Of a stretch of DNA of 64,000 nt, positions 41,501 to 54,079 are shown piece by piece (within the stretch, counting starts at the first letter, position 1; every line of letters starts with the position of its first letter). Made by a program: the position numbers and the translations under genes. The DNA comes from Geosiphon pyriformis uo1 (lineage: Eukaryota; Fungi; Glomeromycota), in NCBI GenBank assembly GCA_016748015.1, contig JAAOMT010000282.1, positions 124,001 to 188,000 on the forward strand, read 5' to 3'. The notes under the pieces are model-generated. The model was not told the DNA's origin. It saw only the letters and a list, made by a program, of their open reading frames with translations, and made no database searches.

Positions 41501-44364
41501 GTTTTTATTTTTCAGCTCACAAAATATTTTCTGCAGTTTGATGATGATGTTACCCAAAATATTTTCGGGATGATCAAAGAAAATTTTTTTCCAAAAGCCT
41601 CTTTTAGAATCAAAGAACTATTTTATAATTTTTTATCCCACTTGAGAATAGGTGATTAGGTTTTCAAAGAATCACCATTTCATTTTTTTATCCCAAAAAA
41701 GGTGATATCTCTATTCTACAATTGATCCTCCTTAAAACTTTAGGTTAATGATAAGATCTCGCTTTAATGCAATTCATAATCAAAATGAGGATCAAAATAA
41801 ATAAAGAACTTTGTTCCATATAAATTGAAAAAATTAAAGATTATGGGCTTTGAAATCAAAGGAAAAATGATTTGACTATTTCTCTGAAAGCAGCATTTCC
41901 CGAATATGCATCATGTAGCTGAAAGTTGGGAAAATGCAAATCTTTGTACCTCCTGAAGAATAGGACAATAATAGAATATTAAAGATTATAGGGTAATGTA
42001 CACAGAACCAGGAAATTATACGGATCGGTAGAGTTTTTAATGTTGTACATGGAAATTGATTTACCGGTTTTTTGTGAATTTAATGTTATTATGTGAAACC
42101 CAGAACCTGGAATTTACAATATGTTGTAATTTACGCCTATAATTTATTAAAATTTTTCTTATTCAAGAAAATATCGACAAAGAATAAATCCCAAGTTAAG
42201 CGAAGCATTACGTTAAGGTAAATATGACGAATTACCTAAGAAAAATATTCTTTGACGCAAGATGCCCCAAATTTATCCGTGCGCATAAAAATTGTGCACG
42301 CTAAAGAATTAAGATGTAACCGTCTATTTCACATGTTTTTTTCTATGGAATTGCGACAAGTGTTTCATACATTTATTTTACAGTCTTTTTTCTTTAGAAA
42401 TTAATTCCTCCAAACTGAGAATGGTTAGTTGAGCTAAAATTTAAAACACCGATGAATACAGAGTATTAAGTTTTACAGAGAGTTTTAAAAATATTAAGAA
42501 CGAGTTGTATAAAAAACCTGAAATCTACGGAAATGAAAAAAAAACTCTAATCTAAGTTATGTTAGATATCATTAAACTATTAAAACTCTATAATTTTTTA
42601 TTTCACAAATTAAAGTATTTTTGTATGCATTTAGTCAATAGAATACGTCGTTTGGTATTGTTGGAAATACATTAAAAATGATGATACATTGATATTTTCA
42701 AAGACTCTAGGTTTTGATGACTCAAAAAATGCAGAATTCTGATTGTATAAATGGAAATTGCTGATCTCATTTTATAACCTAAGAATTCTTTTTAACCAAA
42801 AATTTTTGGAACAATACTTGTTAGACAAGTTTGAAAAATTCGGAAAATTAAATTTGATAATTTTATTTGGTAATCAACTTTTTACAAGTAAAAAGTTTTA
42901 TGCAATTTTATTGTTTATAAAGTACTAAATTTATAGTTAATTTTTTTTTATTAAATCAATATTTTGAAACCAAAAGAACCAATATACTAATTCCCTTTTT
43001 TGATAATTGCTGATTAAATAGTTTCATTAAACATAAAAACTTATATTTGTGTTGAAAGATTTTTAAACCAAACTTGAGAAACTCTAGCTCAAATTTCACC
43101 CCCAAGATGTTTCAATGAGCTATGACAAAACACTTCACTTTAGCGTAGGCTAAGAAAATTTTCAGAATTTTGAATTTTCCCCATCCATTTGTTTCAAATG
43201 TGAGTAGTGAATGTTTTGGTAAACAAGTTTTTTGAAATTTGACGAGAATAAAAATGAGTTTAAACTGTATGCAAACCGTAATAAAATAAATTTTGTTCAA
43301 CGAAAATAGGCAAGAACAATTATTTTACCCATTGGAATACACATGAAGTAATATCGTATTAAAAAAATGCAATTTTCTTACAGGTCCTGATTTTTCTCGA
43401 TCTTCAGAGTACATGCTAATAAGAAAATGCTTTTACCAAATTTCGCAGCTATTGAATGAATCCATCTTTGCAATATAATTTTCTTATTTAATATAAAAAA
43501 CAATTTTAACTTTAAATATCAAAAACTTTCTCTCTTGAAAAATGTCTGGCAGTAGTTATAAAATGGAAAAATTAAAAATTTATTTTCATGTGAAAAAATA
43601 CGATTTGAAATCATTTCATTAGAAATAAACTTCTATTTAACTTGATATATATAATGGTGCATTTTACTAAACTATTTGATATTTAGATTAATTTATTATT
43701 GGAAATCTAAAGACAAACATTAAAATTTAGCAAGACATGTAAATTAAACCTAGTAATAATTTTATTTTATTTTATTTTATTAAAAATACTGTAATTTTTT
43801 AAAAATAAAATTCTATATCTACATTCAGACAAAAGAAATGATTTTTAAACAGTTTGCAAAATTTAAAAGATTTTTCATTGGATAAAATGCAAGTTGTTTT
43901 GAAATCCAAAGGTAAAAAAATAAATATTTTTATGTCAAGTAATAAGAAATTTTCATTCTGCATAATAAAACCCTTCCAAATCGAATTTCATTAATCACAA
44001 AAATGAGTCTAGTAGATATATTAGAAATAGGTTTATAATTTTTAGTTTTTAAGCTATAAATTTATTTTAGGAAAAATATTAGTGTTAATTCAAAGACCAA
44101 ACAGTTGAAACAAGAATATTTCAAGTTGTCACCTTATTCAAGATAATTCTTAGGAAAACATTTCTCTTATGGTCAAAATACATATTTGAAAGTTTAAGAT
44201 AAAATTAAAAAAAGATAACAAAGGTAGATTTACATTTTTCCAGATAAAACAAGCGTTCTTTGTTCAATTTTGAAATTGTCTTTAAAATTGATGAATGTAA
44301 ACATCAATATATTTATTTTTTTACCCCTCAAATTCACTGTTTTAAGGTTACAAGTGAATATTTT

Positions 44365-44394
44365 AACCAACCAACCAACCAACCAACCAACCAA
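44365..44394. repeat. (AACC)n microsatellite
   Basis: Direct reading. Confidence 0.9.
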
Positions 44395-45301
44395 TATAAG
44401 CTATTCTAAAGTCTTTTTAATTCTCGAAAATCTTATGTGAATCAGAAGTTTGAGGCTTTTTTGCTCAAATGACCAAAAAAGCGTGAATTTCAATCATAAA
44501 AGATTTTAAAAAAAAGTAATTTAATTTTTTATTTATATTATTCAAAAATCAATTATAAAATACAATAAAGTCTAATTAAGTGAAAATAAATAATAATAAT
44601 AATAATAATAATAATATATTCACATTTAAATAAAAAAATTATTGACATCATAATAAACAGGAAAAAGTTTTTTTTATTAAATATATTTTTCTTTATTTTC
44701 TTTTATCAAACTTTATAAATATTGTGGATCCTACGGCATATAAATAAAAATATTAACAATGATTGTCATTAAAAACACTAAACACACACCAGCAAAAATA
44801 CATTTTTTTATTGTGTAAATCTAGAACCCTTAGATTTCAATTTAACCGTATATAGAAAAATGGAAAAAACGTATAAAAAAAAATTTATTAACTTTTACCT
44901 TCTTATTAATGTCATGTAAAATAAATTAAAAATCCTGAGCTTAGATAATCCAATGCTTTACACAAATTTATTATCTTTGATTTCCTATAAATGAATAATC
45001 AAAAAAAAGGATAAATAAATTTGAAGTCACGCTCGCCCGGAATCTATAATTTTATAAACATAAACTTATAAAAAATACACAGAATGAATCTATATTATAT
45101 ATTATGAAATTAGTCAAGACCTATTTAGCAACTGTAAAAATCATTGGTTCTTTTTTCCTCATAAGATTAATTATTGCGCTTAATAATAATTTAATTCTAT
45201 AAAGAACTTCTTCAGATCGAGAAATATTCAATCTTACCACTATTATAGTAGTCATCTTTTCCTAAAATGTATTCACTACTTCTCAATTAAGATGCATTAC
45301 A

Positions 45302-45326
45302 GCTGCTGCTGCTGCTGCTGCTGCTG
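45302..45326. repeat. (GCT)n microsatellite
   Basis: Eight units. Confidence 0.9.
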
Positions 45327-48300
45327 TTGAATGATACGAAAAAACTAGACTCGATTAGAGACGGAGTGTGATTTAAAATCAGATATGATTATCTATGTAA
45401 TTTAAAGCCCGATTTTCCATTATTCCGATGATACGATCAAATTTAGCTAGAAACCTTTATTTTTTGATCAAAGAAAGCTTTTTTTAATCGATTAAGCGAC
45501 TTTATCACATTCTAAAAACTCCTTTTAGGACTTTTTAAAAAGCAAAAGCTCCTTCAAAGAAGTTAAAGCGTGCTCTTCATTTTAACAATATTCCTTTTTT
45601 TGGAACTCGGCCGCATTCAACGATACTTTTTTTTATAGCCGTAAAGGTTTATGGTCATAGTGTCGTCATGTTTGTTAGTGTTTTGGCAAATTCTTTGTCC
45701 ATTAAATTCTGTAAACATGCAGATACCATTGTGACATGGCAAATGGAAAAAAAGTTGTAGTCTTCTATTCGTAATTTAAATTTAAAAGCAAGATTTTCTG
45801 AACCTCATGGTCATATTTCACGTGTTTACCACTTAATATCACGACATTTATACACACACCACAAATAGATACTTGATTCTCAAAAAACTCCCTTTCTGAC
45901 CATTATTTACGGAGTTCCAAATTTTTAATGTTCTATATATGAAAACAGAGTATTTAAATTTTGTTAAAATTCCCCACGCCGCTAATTTTCATTGAAGATA
46001 TGGCTTAAATGCCTTTTTTAGGTCTTGTGCATGCATTCTTGTTTATGGAGAAGGAGTAATTAAGTGAGTAAATAAGTGATTTTTATTGGTCTTTGTTTGT
46101 GAACGGTTGATGGTTGAATTTTCCAAATCTTGAATTAATCGTAAGTTGAAATGATTAAATAATTAAATATATATCTATAAAGAAAATCATTGATGATGTT
46201 TTTTTTTTAAAAAAAATAACTCAATCTTGCATCAATGAAAGGGATAAATTCAAAGGGATATTTTGTAGGTTTTTTTCAAAACTTATCACTTTTAATACCT
46301 TATATATTAGTGCTGCATTGCTACATAAAGTCTGAATCAGATGGTCAGTTTCTCTTTCTAAAAGCTTTGTGTTCCCTTCAAAGAAAACTAAGTTAGAAAT
46401 AAATTTGACAATTTCCCTTGATTGATCGAGGTTTGATAAGAAAAATGTAAACATAACCCTAACGCAATAGTCATTGTTGAATAATTATGGCGGATAAAGT
46501 TTGAACTTTTCTGTTTTTCATTACGATTTACAATTTGTGTCTATTGTATTCCTGTCATAAACCAGTTTTAAATTTGAGCTTCTGATCATTGATCTTTAAG
46601 GGGTTTTTTCAAGAAACCAGACTATCTTAATTGTGATATCATCGATTTAGATATCATGTTTTTAATTTTCATGTGAGATAATCTAGGTGAAGGAAAATTT
46701 CTGATCATTAAAATTAGAATAAAACAAACATCCCATACTTATAATCTTTTAAATATAGCTATAAACATTAAAAAGATTGCTTAATTTAACCTAAAATATC
46801 GGAAATTTTTATTTTTATTTAAATTCATTCTGTAACACACATCTAATATACGTAATTTGATTCAACGATAACATAATGAAATATATTGACATCAGTTGTC
46901 CACACACAGTATATAATTAAAATAATCACGTGGAAATTTCTTGTGGAACAAGCAAAATATATTTTTTTTATGAGAATCCTCATGAAAAAAATTAAAATTT
47001 TTCCAATATTCAATTTTTAAGATTTTTAGTGTTTCGTATAAAAAAAAAATATTATTTATTTCTAATATGAGAGTTTTTTTTACTTTTGGAAAAAAAATAA
47101 AATTCAGAACATGTCATTTTAAATTTTAAAAATCTGGAAATTTTATCTTTCCAAAAAATTGATTGGAATCAATTTTCTACCAGGAATTCATTTTAGAATT
47201 ATATAAAATATATGGATTAAATTAAACCATTTTTTTTTTCAAAATGAGAATCCTTTTATCAAATTTAACGGATTTATTTTTTCATTTCAAGAAAAAAATC
47301 TTTTTTTTTTTTTTGAAACATGAATATTGTTTAAACGTACTATACAAATAATTTTTGTATGTAAAATTACAAATATATTGTATTAATATTTTCTAATAAT
47401 ATTTTGTCGCGAAAATAAAATATAACAATATATTTTTAAATTATGAATCAATTTAAAGTGCAAAATTAATTATTTAAAATTTCATGTTAAATTTTAATAA
47501 AGACTGAAAAAATGTAATGTTTATGACTGAAATTTTATTTTTAGATATTCACACATTTACTATAGATGAAATAGATTTTAATTTGTTCATTGTTGATTTC
47601 TCTGTGTATTTCAAAATATTTCAAAATATGTAAAATTTTTTAATAGAAATTTAAAAAATAATTGAAAAATTTTTTCAAATAATTATGAATAATAATAAAA
47701 ATATTCTATAATTAAAAGCATTTATTTTGATCGTTAGAATTTATCTAAATAAAATAATTTTTGTGGTTATTTTTATCAGAAGTGCTTAGATATAACTGAG
47801 AAATTTATTTTTAAATATTTTTGAAAATTTTTAATAATTTTCTATGAATCTTTCAACAAAAGAAGTACTATAAATTGTTGGACTTGAAAAATTTAATTTT
47901 GTATTTTTTGAAGATAAAGTTAACGTGAAATTTTTAAATTTTGACTCTTTTCTAATATATTATTTAATAAAGTTTCTGTTGTTTTCTTTTTGAAGTTTTT
48001 GCAGAAATATTATTTTTGTTGGAAATATATGTTTTATGTTTGTATTGCTGATGAGGATGATGATGAATTTTTCATATCAAATCAAAGTTTTTTGAAATTT
48101 AATTATCATTCTTGGAAAATAGGCACTCCTTTTATATTATTTAAGTTTAAGTTCTCAGAATGCAAACTATTTAAATATTTAACTTTATATGAATAATTTT
48201 TTCATCCTTAATTTTATCAAGATTCGTTTGAAAAATTAAAATCTTATTTTATTCATTCTAAAAGAAATCTAAAAGCCATTCATTGAAAGCGAAAGATACT

Positions 48301-50590
48301 CCCGTTTTTATATTGCTTATATTCCTGTGAAATTATGTTTTTGAATACGAATATCAAAAAGTTACTTTTTTTCTATATTATATTTACAGTTATGGGTAAG
48401 TTAAATTTTTTGGTTTGAATAGAAATTTCCAGAATATTTTCGAAATCTATTTTTGTTTTGTATCTAATATTGACAACTTTACAGTATGTAAAATCCAAGT
48501 TCATCTTTATTTGATTGAAAATTTTATGAAAAAAATTTATTAAAAGTACCCACCTATTTTTAGGTGAAAAGGTATCGAGTCAAATAGAATAGTGGTATAA
48601 ACTGTCAATTTATCATAGATTGAAAAAGGACCGAAGATCAAAGATTAGGACCCCTAAACCTCACGTGAAATCAAGTCATTCATGTGAAACCTAACTGCGG
48701 ATGATAAATTTTCTACTTTCCTAATCTGTAAACGTGAAATAAAACTTGCTTTCTTTAAGCATTACCAGAAATACTCTTAATATCTTTTTTAAACGTTTAG
48801 ACTTTTCCCAAAGTAAGTTAAAACTTTTTTTTTAAAAATATAGAAAATTTTTAAAGATTTGATATTTCAAAATAATATTTTGCATTTTCAGCTAAATAAT
48901 GGCTCTCTTATGGAATTTCATGTTAAAAGATTAGGGAGTATAGTGTGACCGAATTTTAAAACGTTACGAATAGTCAATTAAAAAGCCACACTTCAAAAGT
49001 TGAAAAAACCCTGTTTGCTAAAAATTGTTCAAGAGCACTTTTTTTGTTTATAAAATTGGGTAAAGCAACAAAAATATGTAAATATCCACAGACCTACCAT
49101 ATTCTTATTCAGATAATTAATATATAGATGTAACCAGTTAATTGTGTCATGATTTAATTGAAAACTTATAGCTTCACTAATAATAAATTACATTTCAAAT
49201 AAAAAAAACTAATATGAAACAAAAAGTTTGAATTTAAAAAATAAAAAATGGAAAAATATAACAAAAATCTTCATCACATATTACCTAATTTTGAATTTGA
49301 ATAAATTTTTTAAAAAAAAATGGGGGAGTTTTTCTTTTGATATCCACATTTGAAATTAAAATGGTAAATACCTTTTTCTCCTACTCTGTTTATCGCACAT
49401 TTCATACAAAATCTTCCATGTCACTATTCATAAGATTGAAAAGGGAGTTTAATGGATATTCTTTTTTTATAAAATTTACAGTGGTAAATATAATGCCATT
49501 TAAAGATAGAGAAAATTTTTTTATGCATATTTAAGGGCTAAGTTTTTGAACATGTTAAAAAAAAAATTGCCAATTTTTACGAATCGTAAAAAACTACTTA
49601 AATTCCCGATTCCAACTGTGTCGACCGTCTCCAAAATCCCATTTCGAGAAAATTCTGGCAATGAGACTTTTGCCTTTTCCAAAATGCTCACCATTTGAAT
49701 GAGTAATCAGGAAATTCGATGTCAAAAAAATGCTGTTTGGCGTCATTGTTATGATTTGTACATTTTGGAGTTGCAAATTTTAAAGTAATTATGCAAATAT
49801 GCATCCTGCAATAATGCGCCCAAAATAATATCCAATATGCATGACCATCATGTGTTTGGGCGGAGACAGCAAATCAGACCAGATCCGTTCAAAACATCGC
49901 ATTGTTTCAACTTTCTAAATGCTGATTTGAGATAACCCAAAAAAAAATTACTGTTTTGCAAAGTGGCATGCTCCTGATTTTCAATTGAACAAAGAAATCG
50001 AAAAATGTGTCTTCCCCATAAAAATGCATGTTCGTAATGTCAATGCGTAATGCAAGTGACCTCCCGTGATTGCCTTTTTGGAACAAGTCTCGATCTCTAA
50101 AAAAGTATCTTAATTTTCTAATCATCCCTTGATTTCCCATGATAGGCTACAGAAATCAGAGCTGAGAAACAAATGAAATTTAGAATCGAGAAAATTCAAG
50201 CAAATTTGCGATTTCAAGAGAATACCGTATTAATTTAAAAATGGAGAATCTAACTTGGGAAATACATGCGCTCTTACCACATAACTTTGAAATTATCACA
50301 TTAAATTTGTGCTTGCTAATATTTTTAAAAAATTAAACTTGTTTTGCAACTTTATTTTTACTTTGCATTTTAGTTTGAAAAACCTAATACACTTTCAAGT
50401 AAAGGATATTTTAGATTTTCAAATAATCACTGTCTCAATTAAATGGATTAGCAAAACAAAACTAAAAAAATCTCCGGATATATAAAATTTTATTTATTAT
50501 AAAACACATTAAAGCACAAAGTTTATGCTGGGGAAGAAATTCTGGTAGTTACCCAGAGTTTTGAGAAAAATAGAAAGCCTAAAAGACTTA

Positions 50591-51840
50591 CAGACTGGTA
50601 AGAAAAAATATGAATCTACTAAGATTGCGTTTGGTTTAACTATTTTTGATAAGTTTTGTGATAGTAAAAATGAAAACAGAATATTAGGTAAGTGGCTGAG
50701 CTCTAAAAACATTTTCTCGCATATTAACTAATAGTTTTTTTTAAAACTTGTCTTTGAAATGCTAACTTCAAAGCAAGAAATGCAATGGCAAGTCATATTA
50801 TGTTTTTGGAAGCAAGAAATACAGAATAAAATGAATATACCCCTTTCTACAATCTATAATATCCTCGAAAAACTCAAAAAAAAAGAACAATAAAGCATAC
50901 AAATAGTAATGGTCAGCCAAAAAAGATTACAGGAAATTTTTCAAAAGTATTAGAACAGATTATTCATAGAGATTCCTCAGTTTCATCTAGATATTTAGTA
51001 ATAAAGTTGGCTAAGAAGGGAATAAATGTTTCTCATATTACTATTCAAAACCATTTATTCAACTTTAATTATAAAAAAAGTCTTCTTAGAGCAACTCCAA
51101 TGCTAACTGAAGAGCATAAACAAAAATGTGTAGAATAGGCCAAAATATATCTAAACAACGATTGGAAAAGAACAGTTTTTACTGATGAAACATCTTTTCA
51201 ACTTTTTCAAAACACAGTAAAATATTGGCATAAAGGTACTTGACCAATTTGTCCTATGCCTAAAGATTGAACAAAAATTCTCACATAAAAGGGTTTCTAT
51301 GAAAAAGAAAAGACTAGTTTATTCTTTTTTGTTCAAATAATGAATTCTCAATTTTATATAAATATTCTTTATAACCACTTACCTGAAATTAGAGCAATGC
51401 TGAAGAACAATTGGCAATTCTAACAAGATAATGACCCCAAGCATACTAGCAAGTTTGCCAAAGAGTTTATTGCTGAGAATACAACTGATTTGTTGGAGTA
51501 GCTATCTAATAGTCTTGACTTAAACCCAATAGAAAACCTTTGAGTTATTGTTAAAAAGAATGTAGAAAAAAAATGTCTCAAAATTATAGTGAATTAGAGA
51601 GATTTATGAGAAAAGAGTGGTAAGATATTTGTGAATCTACCTTAATTGAATTAATAGGATCAAAAAGACAGTGTTGTGAAATGATAATTGAGACAAATGG
51701 TAAAAGAATTTCCTATTAATTTTTTTTAATAAAATTATATGATATTTAACTTTCTAATAAAAGTTGTTTTATGTAATTTGGTACATTAGTTAAGACATAG
51801 TAATTATTTTTATATTTTCAATTTTTTTCTTACCAGACTG
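50591..51840 (+). mobile_element. Full-length inactive Tc1/mariner DNA transposon (DD34E), 1250 bp
   Basis: Left TIR CAGACTGGTAAGAAAAAATATGAA (50591-50614) versus the reverse complement of the right end, CAGTCTGGTAAGAAAAAAATTGAA (51817-51840): 21/24 identical. TA on both sides (50589-90, 51841-42). Encloses a decayed transposase. Confidence 0.93.
50759..51719 (+). pseudogene. Tc1-family transposase pseudogene
   Basis: Manual translation: MLTSKQE...NIPLSTIYNIL (HTH), frameshift in an A-run at ~50880, NGQPKKIT (GRPK-like), ATPMLTEEHKQKCVE*AK, WKRTVFTDETSF, QDNDPKHTS, E*LSNSLDLNPIENL* (WPSNSPDLNPIENLW). 34 residues lie between the second D and E. Ends NGKRISY*. Many in-frame stops. Confidence 0.92.
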
Positions 51841-53810
51841 TATGTTGGGTACAAGAGAATATGAATATTCAATTACATGTTTTTTAATTGTTAAGAAATA
51901 TAATTAAATAATGTTTGTTTACATTAAGTAATGAATACACGAAGTTCAAACATTTTAAGACTAACTAACAAGAAATCATTTTTTGCCCAAGAATTGTATT
52001 ATCGCCCTTTGAAATTTTTAAGTTATTTTTTAATAAAATGTCAATTTATTCTCATATATAGACAAAGTAAATATTTGCATCACAAGATTTCAGTGGCAGA
52101 ACTTTTTACCTGCCACAGGAATCATTATAATGTAATCGACAAGTGTCTTTTTGTTTCATATTTTTTAATCATTGAATATCCTCATAATAACGAACAACCT
52201 GACAAATCCAAAAGTACCAATTTCAATAAAAATATAATCTTTTTCTTTAACTCAAGTTTTGCTTTGTTGATAGATATTCTTTTTGGTTTTAAAGTAAATT
52301 TTTTTCTTTAATTCTTTTCAAACCTTTTTTCATCTTTAAAATATAAGTTGGTAACTTGCTAAGCGTTTTTAATTTATTTCACCAAAATGGTTACTATTGT
52401 TTAATTCAATCAATTAATGAGAAATTTATTATATAATAAATAAAACGTATTAAACTTTAAAATATATTTCAGGTCAATTAAAAATAAACAATTAATTATT
52501 GTATTAATTTAGATAAATATTATTTTTAAAATGTTAAAACTTATAAAAAATTTAAAATAAAATATTGAAATCTCTAAATACAACCAAGGTTTTTAAAATA
52601 AATTTTCAAATTACTTTTTTTGGTTTATTTTTACATATATCAAATTTGTTCTCTAATTCATGATTATTTTTTGGTAAATTCTAAAACATTATATATTATT
52701 AAAACAGATATTTCAGCTATATACTAATTGATTATTTTATTCTGTGATTTTTTTATTTATACAAATTTATTTCAGTAGAAATTAATTATAATATTTAAAA
52801 AAAATCTTAACCATATTTATTTTATCTTGTGTAAATATAAAAACTTGTTTTTAATTAATTACTTGAACAGTAATAAAAAATTTCAAGCCTTTTGGTCTTC
52901 ATTATTATTAAGTTTGTATTTTGTGAGATTTATAGATCTAAAATAAGGCAAAAAAATTAAATGTAATTTCAATACATTTTGAAAATAAATTAAAAATTAA
53001 AATTTTAATTAATTGCAAGCTCTTTTATCTGTTTCTAATTTTTAAACAAACAAACAAGTACATAATCTCTTAAATTTAAAAAAATAAGCTAATTTTTCAA
53101 CATATATTGATTTAAATCAATGAAATAGCCAATTAAAAACTTTATTTTTTATAAAATAAATAAATAAACTAATTTTAAAAAAAATTTAATTATTTACAAA
53201 GTTAAAATATAATTTATATAAACTGTTGAGTTTATGTTATTAGATCATTCTTTACCATTTCTTTTATATATTTATTTGATTTTTCAAACTGTTCTATTTA
53301 AGGCTTTTCAATTTTGGATTTTGGATTTTGTTGACTTCTTATATTTTAGATTAATATTTTAAAGTAGAAATTTGTATTTATGTTGTTTTTCTATGTTTAT
53401 ATAATTTAAAATCAAAAATAGCTTTATTTATCAAGATGCTAAACAAGTCTTTATTGTTATATTGCCTAAATGAGTAGTTTGATTTCTTTGTGGAACAACA
53501 ATAATAAAATAATTTAGACTTTGTGTAATACATGAAAATACGATACTGCTAAAATTTATTAAAAAATTTTTGTGTACTAAAACAATCAAGTTTTATTAAC
53601 AGCCACTTTTAATATCTTGTTTTTATTAATTCTTGAATTTTAAATAAATTCCAATTAGTTAATTATGGCCGGATTAATCAATGAATAAAAAAACTTAAAG
53701 ATAGTATAATTGCTTAAACTTTAATAATTATAACTATAAATAAAAAAAAATTTTTATTTTATACAATATTTGTTAACCAAATTTTTAAATTATTTTAATG
53801 CCTCAGATTT

Positions 53811-54050
53811 TGCATGACTACTAGTAGAATTGGTAAGCTCCAAAAAATGGACACCAAAATTATTATGTTAATATATTAAATCAAAATCTATTATACTTGC
53901 TTTTGAAAACAATATTGGATAAGAATGAAAAATTTCCCAAAAGATAATAATCCAAAACATACTTCTATAAAGCGAAAAATTAAGTTTTTAAAATGAAATC
54001 ACATTATGCAGCTGGTCATTTCAGTCTCAAAACTTAGATCTAATCAAGTG
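53811..54050 (+). mobile_element. Second, much more eroded Tc1-type transposase fragment
   Basis: Collinear motif remnants: CMTTSRIGKL (53811), DNNPKHTS (53943; cf. QDNDPKHTS) and WSFQSQNLDLI (54013; cf. WPSQSPDLNPI). No TIRs recognised. Confidence 0.6.
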
Positions 54051-54079
54051 GATGCCAAAAAAAATTAGCAATGTAATAG

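Noticed and set aside
41892-41937. Imperfect inverted repeat GCATTTCCCGA...TTGGGAAAATGC
   Set aside because: Single short stem with a bulge and no recognisable RNA family; expected by chance in 64 kb.
36847-44394. (TGGAAC)n and (AACC)n as telomere-like or CRISPR-like repeats
   Set aside because: They are not TTAGGG-type, are short and internal, and have no spacers.
48544-48576. Hairpin CACCTA-TTTT-TAGGTG as a possible Helitron 3' end or terminator
   Set aside because: No CTRR terminus at the expected distance, and intrinsic terminators are not relevant in this eukaryotic context.
51931-52311. 126-aa ORF right of the Tc1 element
   Set aside because: It lies outside the TIR, has AT-driven composition and shows no transposase or other motif.
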